Shown here: in pieces, positions 54,839 to 63,682 of the stretch
How positions within the stretch are numbered: position 1 is the stretch's first letter
Layout of the letters: each line of letters begins with the position of its first letter
DNA from: an uncultured Patescibacteria group bacterium
GTDB taxonomy: Bacteria > Patescibacteriota > Microgenomatia > UBA1400 > PJMF01
Assembly (NCBI GenBank): GCA_905478415.1
Contig: CAJQIG010000002.1
Coordinates: 186,699-250,698 of the forward strand
Reading direction: 5' to 3'
DNA: 64,000 nt
The notes under the pieces: generated by a model
Seen by the model: the letters and a program-made list of their open reading frames with translations, nothing else
Told to the model about the DNA's origin: nothing
Databases searched by the model: none
Program-made: the position numbers and the translations under genes

Positions 54839-55204
54839 ATGACAGTCATTGTCGAGTCCAAACGCATGAAAGTAACGAAGGCACTTCGGGACTTCATTGA
54901 GAAGCAAACTCAAAAAATAGTGAAACTCAATAAGAAGGCTACTCAGGTGCGCGTTCACCTCGAGACCAACCAGCGAAAATCAAACGATCCACTTTCGAAC
55001 GTGGTCACTTTTTTAGTTGAGATTCCTGGAAAAAACATTGTGATCACTAAGCATGCCGTCAACATGTACGATGCCATCGTCGATGCTGCAGCTGGAGCTG
55101 CCAGGCAACTTCGAAAAAAGCATGAGAAGCGAATGACAAATCAGAGAAATCAGCGCGCAACGGTAGCTTTGGAGGTTGAGGAAGAACCTGTCGCTGTAGG
55201 TTAG
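54839..55204 (+). CDS. hpf: Ribosome hibernation promoting factor / RaiA family (short form)
   Basis: MTVIVESKRMKVTKALRDFIEKQ...NMYDAIVDAAAGAARQLRK matches the HPF pattern (DMYAAID...L.RQL.K). Confidence 0.8.
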   Translation: MTVIVESKRMKVTKALRDFIEKQTQKIVKLNKKATQVRVHLETNQRKSNDPLSNVVTFLVEIPGKNIVITKHAVNMYDAIVDAAAGAARQLRKKHEKRMTNQRNQRATVALEVEEEPVAVG

Positions 55205-55305
55205 GCTTGATTTAAACCTTCTCTCTAGAGTATCTTAAGGGTATGCCCATTTGGGTAGTACTTAATGTACGCGAAGGTAACTAACTAGACAAAAAAGGAC
55301 GTTTT

Positions 55306-55680
55306 ATGGCAGACGACGCACAAACACCACCAGCACAAGATGACAAAAATCCACTTGATGTTTTAGAAGAACTTTTAAAAGATTCTGGATCGGGAAGTGG
55401 TTCTGGCTCCAGTGGTGGAGCTGCACCAGCTAAAGAAGGTGAGCTCACAGAAGAAGAGCTTGCTCAAAAACGGCTCGAGTTTGAACAAAAGAAGGCTGAC
55501 CAGGCGGTGGTAGATACCGCAGACATTGAAAAGCAGAAGGCATTGCTTGAAACTATTACGCAAACACCAGCCTATCAGGCTCGGGTTCAACAGGAAGAAG
55601 CAGCTGTTGAACAAACAGTTAAAAATGAAGAAGCTGCTGTAGGTTTTGACATAAAACAGCTTGAGCACGATAAAATTTAA
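55306..55680 (+). CDS. Hypothetical acidic low-complexity protein
   Basis: 124 aa. GSGSGSGSSGG tract and E/Q/A-rich helices. AAAAAGGA Shine-Dalgarno-like sequence upstream. Confidence 0.45.
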   Translation: MADDAQTPPAQDDKNPLDVLEELLKDSGSGSGSGSSGGAAPAKEGELTEEELAQKRLEFEQKKADQAVVDTADIEKQKALLETITQTPAYQARVQQEEAAVEQTVKNEEAAVGFDIKQLEHDKI

Positions 55681-55713
55681 GTCGATTTTTAGATACAAGA
55701 ACGGAGAAACGGT

Positions 55714-56334
55714 ATGCCCGGTCCAAAACCAGGTGGTTCCAGCACAGCTATGCGTCCAGGCGGTGGATTTAATTCCATGCCAGGTGGCATGTCCGAACAT
55801 ATGGACGATGCAGCGCTGCAGAGCGCTATGACCCAGAAGGCTGGATCGCAACAAGCTGGTCAAATTTCACCTCAACAAATGGCGCAAGCTGCGGCTGGAT
55901 CGTCTCAACAACAAAAAAAACCTCCTCGCGAAGTGGGGACGATCGGTGAAGAACTCCAGAGAGTTGGAGCTGATTTATTTGAAGGTGTCAAAGATTTATT
56001 TAGTTTTTCTGCTTGGTTTGGTATTAACTCTGACACGCTTTCTCCAGATGAAAAGCAACGGATGAAAGTGGTTCATCAAAATTTTCAAAAACTTGACCAA
56101 GAACAGCAAGCATATGCTCGTCAAAAGTATCAGGAAGAGCAACAGCGCAAAAAGATGCAAGAAGAAGAGGCCCGCCAACGAAGACAACAAGAAGAAGCTG
56201 CCCAAAGTCAGATGGTGATGCCAAGTGGTCCAAGTAAGGGAGCCCAAGGACCTGGTGGCAGTAAGAAACAAAAAGCTACCCAGATGCTTCAGGATAAGCG
56301 CAAGAAGCTGGGTGGTCCGGGGGATGTGAATTAA
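55714..56334 (+). CDS. Hypothetical G/P/Q-rich low-complexity protein
   Basis: 206 aa. GGAGAAAC Shine-Dalgarno-like sequence upstream. The N-terminus is G/P-rich. The C-terminus has a charged QEEQQRKKMQEEEARQRRQQEE helix. Confidence 0.45.
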   Translation: MPGPKPGGSSTAMRPGGGFNSMPGGMSEHMDDAALQSAMTQKAGSQQAGQISPQQMAQAAAGSSQQQKKPPREVGTIGEELQRVGADLFEGVKDLFSFSAWFGINSDTLSPDEKQRMKVVHQNFQKLDQEQQAYARQKYQEEQQRKKMQEEEARQRRQQEEAAQSQMVMPSGPSKGAQGPGGSKKQKATQMLQDKRKKLGGPGDVN

Positions 56335-56379
56335 CGGTTTTTTGTTTCAATGTTATACTAAGCCCGCTGAAGGAAAAAT

Positions 56380-57807
56380 ATGAAGTTATACAATACTCTG
56401 AGCCGAAAAGTTGAAGAATTTCAACCTGCAAATGCACCGAAAGTGAGCCTCTATGCCTGCGGCTTCACCGTCTACGACTACACCCACTTGGGGCATCTTC
56501 GCAAATACTCTATGGATGATATCCTGATTCGTACACTTAAGTACTTTGGGTATGAAGTTACCTTTGTTCAAAATGTGACTGATGTAGGTCACTTGGCTTC
56601 AGATGCCGATACGGGCGAGGATAAACTCGAAAAAGGGGCCAAAAAATATGGCCAATCAGTCTATGACATTGCCCACAAATTTGAAGACTACTTCTTTGAA
56701 AGCATGGATGCTATGGGTAACCTTCGTCCCGATGTTAGCTGTCGAGCTACTGACCACATTGAGCAACAGTTAGCAATGGTTTTGGAGTTAGAAAAAAAAG
56801 GTTTTACCTATGTTATTGATGGCGATGGTGTCTATTTTGACACCTCAAAATTGAGTGATTATGGCAAGCTGGCGCGACTCAACTTGGAGCAGCAGAAAGA
56901 AGGCGCTCGAGTTGATGTGGTGGTAGGCAAGCGAAATCCTGCGGATTTCGCGCTCTGGAAGTTCGAAAAACCAGGAGAAAACAGAGCTATGGTGTGGCCA
57001 AGTCCTTGGTCGGAACGGAGTTTTCCCGGTTGGCACATCGAGTGTAGCGCCATGAGTATGGAGTACCTTGGAGATCAAATTGATATTCACACTGGTGGCA
57101 TTGACCACATTCCTGTGCATCATACCAATGAAATTGCTCAGGCCGAAGCCGTCACCGGCAAAAAACCTTTTGTAAAATACTGGGTGCATCATAATTTTCT
57201 TCGGGTTGAGAATGAGAAGATGAGCAAATCGCTGGGTAATTTTTTTACCATTGATGATGTGATCAAAAAAGGATTTCATCCCAAGGCTCTCAGACTTCTT
57301 TTCTTGAGTTCGCACTACCGAAGTGAGTTGAACTTTACGTGGGACTCATTAGCTGGTGCCCAAAAGGCACTTGAAAAGTTGGTTGCACAGCTAGGTGAAC
57401 ATCTCTCTGAAGAAAGCATAAACATCAAAGATGTATCGCCAGCTGCACTCGATTTTAAAGATCGATTCGTAGCCGCTATGGGGAATGATCTTGATACGCC
57501 TCAGGCGGTAGCAACACTTTGGGAGGTGCTCAAATCTTCACTTTCAGGTGCAGAAAAGGCAGTTTTACTCAGTGAATTTGACCAGCTGCTTGGATTTGAT
57601 TTTAAAGGTCTCGTGACAGAGTTTTCTCAAGAAGTTGTAGATCTAACCAAGTTGCCAGAGGAAGTTCGGACACTCCTAGATCAGCGAAAAGAAGCCCGAG
57701 CCAATAAAAATTGGCAGCGATCAGATGAGCTAAGATCTGCCTTGTTAGAGCAGGGTTTTTCGGTCGAAGACACTGCTGATGGGCAAGAGTTACATCGACA
57801 GAAGTAA
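56380..57807 (+). CDS. cysS: Cysteinyl-tRNA synthetase
   Basis: HLGHLR (HIGH) and KMSKSLGN (KMSKS) motifs, and the GWHIECS zinc site. Confidence 0.96.
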   Translation: MKLYNTLSRKVEEFQPANAPKVSLYACGFTVYDYTHLGHLRKYSMDDILIRTLKYFGYEVTFVQNVTDVGHLASDADTGEDKLEKGAKKYGQSVYDIAHKFEDYFFESMDAMGNLRPDVSCRATDHIEQQLAMVLELEKKGFTYVIDGDGVYFDTSKLSDYGKLARLNLEQQKEGARVDVVVGKRNPADFALWKFEKPGENRAMVWPSPWSERSFPGWHIECSAMSMEYLGDQIDIHTGGIDHIPVHHTNEIAQAEAVTGKKPFVKYWVHHNFLRVENEKMSKSLGNFFTIDDVIKKGFHPKALRLLFLSSHYRSELNFTWDSLAGAQKALEKLVAQLGEHLSEESINIKDVSPAALDFKDRFVAAMGNDLDTPQAVATLWEVLKSSLSGAEKAVLLSEFDQLLGFDFKGLVTEFSQEVVDLTKLPEEVRTLLDQRKEARANKNWQRSDELRSALLEQGFSVEDTADGQELHRQK

Positions 57808-57808
57808 T

Positions 57809-58666
57809 TTATTTTTCAAGTTTTTTGAGTGCAGCCACAGTGTTGTTTGATGCCAGCCAGGACTCTGGTGTGCCACAATCCAAGTATTGGCTCTGCGGTG
57901 TATAAATCACGACAGGAAACTGGCCGGCCAGAATTGTTGCTGTATCGGTAATGTAGAGTTCTCCAGAATGTGGATTAGGAAGCTGGGTTTCGACGATCTC
58001 GAATACCGTAGGTGTAAAAATGTATTTGCTAATATTAGCTAAGTTTGATGGGGCAGTGCCAGGAGCTGGTTTTTCAACCAGCGTATCTAAGTAGTTGAGT
58101 CCTTTTTCGGTGTGCATTTTGGCAATGCCATATTTAGAGAGGTCTGCTTCTGGACGTTCTAGGCAAGTCACCAAGCCTTGCGCTTGGTTTTTTTCGTGAG
58201 CCGCAAGAAAGTGTGAAATCATAATGCCAGTTTCGCTGAATTTTTCGCCATTGTAGAGGAAGTCATCACCCATTAAGACCAGAAAAGCTTCTTCGTCAAG
58301 AAAGTATTCTTTGGCAACTTTGAGAGGTACGGCGGTGCCATACCCATCTGCAACTTTTTGGGTGACAAAGGTAAAGGTAGCCTTTTCATGTAGGGTAGTG
58401 AGGTGGTCTGCAGCTGCGTGTTTTCCTAAACTTCGAAGCTCGGCTACCAGGTGTTTGTTAGGAGAGTAGTACTCTTCAATTTGGGTGCTCGATTCGTTGA
58501 CTACAATCACAAACTCGGTAATACCACCTTGAATACAGTCGTCGACTAAGTAGTCGATAACTGGCTTGTTGAAGACTGGCAACATTTCTTTTTCGATTGT
58601 TTTTGTAATTGGAAGAAAGCGAGTTCCCATGCCTGCTGCCGTGATGAGTGCTTTTTTGATGTGCAT
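57809..58666 (-). CDS. galU: UTP--glucose-1-phosphate uridylyltransferase
   Basis: KALITAAGMGTRFLPITKTIEKEMLPV is the canonical GalU N-terminus. Confidence 0.88.
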   Translation of the reverse strand: MHIKKALITAAGMGTRFLPITKTIEKEMLPVFNKPVIDYLVDDCIQGGITEFVIVVNESSTQIEEYYSPNKHLVAELRSLGKHAAADHLTTLHEKATFTFVTQKVADGYGTAVPLKVAKEYFLDEEAFLVLMGDDFLYNGEKFSETGIMISHFLAAHEKNQAQGLVTCLERPEADLSKYGIAKMHTEKGLNYLDTLVEKPAPGTAPSNLANISKYIFTPTVFEIVETQLPNPHSGELYITDTATILAGQFPVVIYTPQSQYLDCGTPESWLASNNTVAALKKLEK

Positions 58667-58750
58667 ATGGATAAGTATAACTCATCAATGAGTTCTCGGT
58701 AGGGAAGAACTGGGCTGTGTCTTGAAAAGAGACTGAGATCTTGAGATACT

Positions 58751-58951
58751 GTGGTCGATATGGCCAAACGAAAACTGATTATTCCTAAAAATAACAAAGT
58801 CTTTCTGGGTGTAGCTGCAGCTTTTGCAAACTATTTTAAGATTGATGTCACTCTGATACGAATTATCTGGGTACTTTTGCTGTTGCCAGGAGGTTTGCCC
58901 GGATTAATTCCTTACCTGATTAGTTGGCTGCTTATTCCAGAACGCGAATAG
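58751..58951 (+). CDS. PspC-domain membrane protein
   Basis: LGVAAAFANYFKIDVTLIRIIWVLLLL is a typical PspC domain. Confidence 0.8.
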   Translation: MVDMAKRKLIIPKNNKVFLGVAAAFANYFKIDVTLIRIIWVLLLLPGGLPGLIPYLISWLLIPERE

Positions 58952-59008
58952 CTACTTTAATAAAGCAACTTTGTTGCAATATTTAATAGTTCGTGGTACG
59001 ATTCAGCA

Positions 59009-59926
59009 ATGAAACGTCTTTTTTTGTTACTTCCAATTTTAGTAGCCACAGTGGTTCTGGCCGGATGTAGTTTTCAAACTCCAGCAGTTACCAATGAGAA
59101 CTCGGATGAAACAGTACGTATTGCTGTCAGTATTGTGCCGTATGTTGATTTAGTCGAACAAGTTGGTGGTGACAGAGTAACTGTATTTTCCATTATTCCA
59201 GAAGGGTTTAGCCCTGAAGTCTATGAACCAACACCGCAAGAAATGCGAAAGTTAGCACAGGCTGATATTGTAGTTCTCAATGGAGGTCTGTCATTTGAAA
59301 CAGCGCTTGAAGAAAAAATTAGAGAAAGTAATCCATCAGCTCGAATCATCAGATTGAATGATGCCTTGCGCCCTGAAGATCTAGTATCTCTTGAGTCACA
59401 TGCGCACGATGATGGGGAAGTTCCTGATGCCAATACAGGAGGAGTAGATCCGCACACTTGGCTTTCTCCGAGTGTACTAGCTCGTCAAATTCCCAGTATT
59501 GTTACTGCTCTGCAACAAGTTGATGAAGCCTCGGCCCAAGAGTACCAATTTAGAGGTGAAGAGACAGTTGCAACCCTGACCGACTTGGCGGCCGAGTTGC
59601 AAGCAGCGCTCGCACCCTTTCAGGGCAGAGCTTTTTTGGTATACCACCCGGCTTTTGGATACTTTGCTCATGAATTCGGGCTAGAACAGCATTTTATTGA
59701 AGTTGAGGGTAAAGAACCTTCGGCTGCACAGTTGAAAGAGAGTATAGAAGCTATTAGGTCTGAGAATATTCGCGTCGTATTTTTAGAAAAACAATTTAGC
59801 ACTCGCTCCGCCGAGGCTTTAGCTCAAGAAATTGACGCCGAAGTGGTCTATGTGAATCCATTGGCTCAAAATTATTCTGAAAATCTACATACTTTAGCAA
59901 ATCACATTATCAATAGTTTATACTAG
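59009..59926 (+). CDS. znuA: Metal (Zn/Mn) ABC transporter substrate-binding lipoprotein, ZnuA/TroA family
   Basis: Lipobox VLAGC, DPHTWLSP, and an acidic/His loop HAHDDGEVPD. Confidence 0.85.
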   Translation: MKRLFLLLPILVATVVLAGCSFQTPAVTNENSDETVRIAVSIVPYVDLVEQVGGDRVTVFSIIPEGFSPEVYEPTPQEMRKLAQADIVVLNGGLSFETALEEKIRESNPSARIIRLNDALRPEDLVSLESHAHDDGEVPDANTGGVDPHTWLSPSVLARQIPSIVTALQQVDEASAQEYQFRGEETVATLTDLAAELQAALAPFQGRAFLVYHPAFGYFAHEFGLEQHFIEVEGKEPSAAQLKESIEAIRSENIRVVFLEKQFSTRSAEALAQEIDAEVVYVNPLAQNYSENLHTLANHIINSLY

Positions 59927-59932
59927 GTACAT

Positions 59933-60703
59933 ATGCAGGCACTTTCGGTTACTAATCTTTCAGTTCAGTATCCTCATGACTCTAAACGGGCTGTTGATGC
60001 AGTTTCTTTTGCACTCGAAAAAGGTTCGATTGCTGTTTTGATTGGCCCCAATGGTTCGGGGAAGTCGAGTGTTTTGAAAGCTTTGCTGGGTTTGTTAGAT
60101 TCGACGGGAGAAGTTTTATTCTTTGGTAAGCCTCTCGAAAAGGTGCGCGGCAAAGTTGGCTATGTGCCCCAGCGCTACAGCGTTGATACTACCATTCCAG
60201 TTACCGTGTATGAATTTTTGATGCTTGGGCTTCTGACCTGTCAACATTCTGATCGAGAGAAGCGAGAAATGATTACCACCGTTCTGGAAAAGGTTAATGT
60301 ACTGGGTAAAGAAAAGGAAAAAATTGCTGATCTCTCAGGTGGGCAACTACAACGTTTATTACTAGCTCGGGCGATTATTCATTCACCCAAGTTCCTTATC
60401 CTTGATGAACCAGAAGCCGGTGTTGATGCTGGTGGAGAACAGCTTTTTTACACCCTATTGAAAAAACTTTCTAAAGAAGATGGTGTCACCATTTTGCTAG
60501 CCTCTCACGAAGTAGCTCTGATTCATGAATTCGCCGATGCTGTTATCTGTATCAATAAAGAATTGGTGTGTTACGGCAAGCCAAAAAAAGTTTTGACAGC
60601 TGATACATTTAAAAAACTGTATGGGAGTGGCGTTATGTATTATAGTCATCAGGGACATGAACATCACCACCATGCTGATACCCACCAGAAAGGGGAGCAG
60701 TAA
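59933..60703 (+). CDS. znuC: Metal ABC transporter ATP-binding protein with a His-rich C-terminal tail
   Basis: GPNGSGKSS Walker A, LSGGQLQR signature, ILDEPEAG Walker B, and the tail HQGHEHHHHADTH. Confidence 0.9.
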   Translation: MQALSVTNLSVQYPHDSKRAVDAVSFALEKGSIAVLIGPNGSGKSSVLKALLGLLDSTGEVLFFGKPLEKVRGKVGYVPQRYSVDTTIPVTVYEFLMLGLLTCQHSDREKREMITTVLEKVNVLGKEKEKIADLSGGQLQRLLLARAIIHSPKFLILDEPEAGVDAGGEQLFYTLLKKLSKEDGVTILLASHEVALIHEFADAVICINKELVCYGKPKKVLTADTFKKLYGSGVMYYSHQGHEHHHHADTHQKGEQ

Positions 60704-61527
60704 TGCTAGCAGAATTTACCTCCCTCTTTGAGTTCGCCTTTTTCCAGAGAGCCCTGGTTGCGGGATTTTTGCTAGCAATCTTGGCTGGCATTGTAGGCGT
60801 ATTTAGCTCGATCAGAAAATCGACTTTTTTTGGTGATGCCATTGCTCACTCAGCTTTAGCTGGGGTTGCCCTAGGACTTTTTTTCAATGTGAATCCGCTG
60901 CTTTCTGCCGCAATCTATGCCGTGATAATTTCTGTGGCCTTGCCATGGTTTAAGAAACAGACGGGTTTTTCATTTGATTCGCTCCTAGGTATTTTGTTAC
61001 CAGTTTCAATGGGATTGGGAGTGATTATTTTTGCTTTACTGCCGGGATATCAACCAAATTTGTTAAGTTTTCTTTTTGGAAATTTACTGGCCGTCACCAG
61101 TACAGATTTGTATTTTTTGCTTGGATTATTTGTGGTGGTAGTAGGTGCACTACCTTTTTTTGGTCGAAAACTTTTATTTGTTTCACTTGATCCAGAGCAG
61201 GCTCAGTTGTTGGGTATCCCCGTTGCTTTTTACGAGTTGGTCTATCACTTTTTGATTGCACTTACCGTTGTTTCTGGAGTTCGGCTTGTTGGAGTCGTAT
61301 TGATTAATGCCTTTTTAGTTATTCCTTCGATGGTTGTGAGTTTACACGCTCGTTCACTGCAACAGTTATTTGTACTAACTCCGGTTGTGGCCTTTCTCTC
61401 AGTTGTGGGTGGGTTATTTCTTTCAGTTATTTTCAATTTACCCTCTGGAGCAACGATTGCAGTTTTTTCTGGTTTCGTATTTCTATGCAGTGTGAGTGTA
61501 AAAAAATTGAGGGGTGGTACCACATGA
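60703..61527 (+). CDS. znuB: Metal ABC transporter permease
   Basis: Polytopic ABC-3 family pattern (FGDAIAHSALAGVALG). Overlaps neighbouring genes at both ends. Confidence 0.88.
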   Translation: MLAEFTSLFEFAFFQRALVAGFLLAILAGIVGVFSSIRKSTFFGDAIAHSALAGVALGLFFNVNPLLSAAIYAVIISVALPWFKKQTGFSFDSLLGILLPVSMGLGVIIFALLPGYQPNLLSFLFGNLLAVTSTDLYFLLGLFVVVVGALPFFGRKLLFVSLDPEQAQLLGIPVAFYELVYHFLIALTVVSGVRLVGVVLINAFLVIPSMVVSLHARSLQQLFVLTPVVAFLSVVGGLFLSVIFNLPSGATIAVFSGFVFLCSVSVKKLRGGTT

Positions 61528-61916
61528 AAAAGAGAAATCTTAAACAATTAGTTGTACAGATTTTAGAAGCTAATCATTATCTTACGGTCAGTGAAGTCAT
61601 GGTTGAACTAGAAAAGGTGGGGCACTCGTTCAACAAAACTAGTGTGTACCGGAACATTGAAAAGCTGAGCGAAGAGAAGCAGGTTTGTCGCCACTCATTC
61701 GGCACAGATAAAGTCTACTATGAGTTGCGTAGACTCGACGAGCACCATCACCATGATCATTTTGTATGCGAAGGTTGCCACAAGATAGAACCACTCGATT
61801 GTAGTGTAGAAGTGGTGAATACACCTACTAATTATAAGGTTGACCACCATCACATGACCATTTTTGGCACCTGTGATCAGTGTCAAAAATATGACCGAAC
61901 ACATTCGCCTAGCTAA
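61524..61916 (+). CDS. zur: Fur-family metalloregulator (Zur-like)
   Basis: ATGA overlap with znuB. Winged helix (LTVSEVMVELEK...SVYRNIEKL), HHHHDHFVCEGC...CDQC. Confidence 0.85.
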   Translation: MKKRNLKQLVVQILEANHYLTVSEVMVELEKVGHSFNKTSVYRNIEKLSEEKQVCRHSFGTDKVYYELRRLDEHHHHDHFVCEGCHKIEPLDCSVEVVNTPTNYKVDHHHMTIFGTCDQCQKYDRTHSPS

Positions 61917-62943
61917 TCCACAACCAAAAATTTGGTTGATTCTGGTTCTATTCCTGACAGCCTTAGGGCTACTCCTTGTCTCATTGTTCATTACTACTGG
62001 CGGTTGGCAGCAAGATCAATCCTCATGGTTTGGTGAGCAACTTGAAAGTCCGGCCGAGGTGCCGAAAATAGAGCCAGAGCTTGAAATCCCTCAAGAAATA
62101 GAAAAAAGGTCAGTCACCCTTCTTTTTGGCGGAGACCTACAGTTTGATCGCTATATTCGACGCCAGGCAATGGGCCATGGAAGTTACGAATACATATTTA
62201 AAGAACTCGAATCACTCTTTGCAGAAGTTGACGGAGTTATCGCCAATCTAGAAGGGCCGGTGACCAGTTTTGATTCAGTCAGTCTCGGTTCAGTTGTTGG
62301 TAGTCGCGATAACTATATATTCACTTTCAGTCCAGAGGTTGTGCCGGTACTTAAAAATCTGGGTTTTGTGTTACTAAACCTGGGAAATAATCATATTTTA
62401 AATTTTGGTCAGGATGGCTTGGAAGAAACAAAGCAGTTGCTGGATGATGCCCAGATTGGGTATTGGGGAAATACTGGCGGCGAAACCTGGCTCGATGATT
62501 CGTTTTATTTGTACGAGCAGCATGGTGTTCAAATTTTATTTGTAAACTACAATGAATTCCTGTTTGGCGACAGAGAAGAACTGTTAGTCGAGATGCGAGT
62601 GCGTAAGGAACGACTCCAACCTGATTTTATGGTGGTCTACACTCACTGGGGGACTGAGTATCAGCAAGTTGCTAGTGAGTACTATCAGGATTTGGCTACC
62701 GAACTTGTCATAGCCGGAGCCGATATGATAATCGGTTCTCATCCACATGTGATCCAACAGCACCAGCAAATAGGCTCTGCGATGGTGTATTATTCTTTGG
62801 GGAATTTTGTATTTGATCAATATTTCGAAACAGCAGTGCGCAAGGGAACTTTGCTAAAAACAACCTTTACTGCCGGTGAAGAACTGAGTGTTTCAGAAGT
62901 GCCTATTTTCTTAGAAGGCACGGGAAAAACAGTTTTGGAGTAG
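61891..62943 (+). CDS. CapA/PGA_cap-family metallophosphatase-fold membrane-anchored protein
   Basis: N-terminal TM segment IWLILVLFLTALGLLLVSLF. LNLGNNHILNFGQDGL, VYTHWGTEY and IGSHPHV motifs. Confidence 0.8.
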   Translation: MTEHIRLANPQPKIWLILVLFLTALGLLLVSLFITTGGWQQDQSSWFGEQLESPAEVPKIEPELEIPQEIEKRSVTLLFGGDLQFDRYIRRQAMGHGSYEYIFKELESLFAEVDGVIANLEGPVTSFDSVSLGSVVGSRDNYIFTFSPEVVPVLKNLGFVLLNLGNNHILNFGQDGLEETKQLLDDAQIGYWGNTGGETWLDDSFYLYEQHGVQILFVNYNEFLFGDREELLVEMRVRKERLQPDFMVVYTHWGTEYQQVASEYYQDLATELVIAGADMIIGSHPHVIQQHQQIGSAMVYYSLGNFVFDQYFETAVRKGTLLKTTFTAGEELSVSEVPIFLEGTGKTVLE

Positions 62944-63017
62944 CAATTTGACTCTTTTTGAGCGAGTAACTTCAGACCAATTTCCTCGAGAAGCACTCTC
63001 CTTAGTGTGAAAAAGTA

Positions 63018-63046
63018 TTGACAAAGCCCATAACTAATGTTATTAT
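63018..63046 (+). promoter_or_regulatory. Near-consensus sigma70-type promoter (copy 1 of a duplicated promoter)
   Basis: TTGACA (63018-63023), a 17-nt spacer, then TATTAT (63041-63046). About 80% identical over ~45 nt to the promoter at 63648. Confidence 0.7.
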
Positions 63047-63052
63047 ACTTAT

Positions 63053-63586
63053 GTTGTTGTTTTCAACGCGCTTTTCTAAGTGTGGCTGAGAAAAACACGT
63101 ACATTAACAGACATTAGAAAAAATTCATTGTAAAACGTGAGTTTCCGGATGTCGTTAGAATTGATCAACATTGGTCTGTTCTCACGACTTCCGGAATATC
63201 TCACAAAAATGGGTGAGTGACCGGAATATATGCATCGCGCTGTAGTCGCAGCTGGATCGGTGCATCTTTACCCTCTTTTTAGAGGGCCGTTCGCCGACAA
63301 GGAAGTCGGCAGGGGTTTAGATGGGCAAATGTACCTCTTATACCAATTGCCTAGGTTGGAAGTCATCCTGTGATTAAAAACTTCCACTCTTATTCCATGT
63401 GCCTTTTTAGGCACGTCGCTCAAAGCCTGCCCGGCGAGCGACCACTCGAGGGTAGCAAGCGCAGCTACCCAACACTCAGTCCCCAAAATGGGGCCGGAAG
63501 CAATGGATTAATGACATCGCGCTGGTCATATCTAATGCTTCTGAGGGGTGTGGTTCGACTTTTGTTTCGAACCCACCCCTTTTTTT
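63053..63586 (+). ncRNA. ORF-free, hairpin-rich RNA of about 530 nt and unknown class
   Basis: Bounded by the promoter at 63018 and a 13-bp terminator. Contains at least 10 short perfect hairpins, e.g. GCCGAC/GTCGGC, GTGCCT/AGGCAC, GGGTAGC/GCTACCC, GTCGCTC/GAGCGAC. No convincing ORF or Shine-Dalgarno sequence. Confidence 0.55.
63545..63586 (+). terminator. Strong Rho-independent terminator
   Basis: GGGGTGTGGTTCGA pairs with TCGAACCCACCCC (13 bp with one bulge), followed by T7. A second hairpin, CCTCT/AGAGG with a T-run, follows at 63595-63615. Confidence 0.85.
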
Positions 63587-63647
63587 ATTTTTTCCTCTTT
63601 TATAGAGGATTTTTTGTATCTGAAATGGAGGAGAGTAGTCCCAGATA

Positions 63648-63676
63648 TTGACAAATCCCATAATATTTGTTATAAT
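63648..63676 (+). promoter_or_regulatory. Consensus sigma70-type promoter (copy 2)
   Basis: TTGACA (63648-63653), a 17-nt spacer, then TATAAT (63671-63676). Confidence 0.7.
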
Positions 63677-63682
63677 AATTGA

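Noticed and set aside
63053-63586. Identity of the ~530-nt RNA as RNase P RNA, tmRNA or SRP RNA
   Set aside because: There is no GGAAAGUCC / ACAGAACCCGGCUUA P4 pair. There is no 5' GGGG acceptor, 3' T-arm-CCA or alanine-rich tag ORF. GCCGGAAGCAAUGG is only a superficial match to the SRP GGAA-tetraloop/AGCA motif. The GGTTCGA at 63552 is simply part of the terminator stem.
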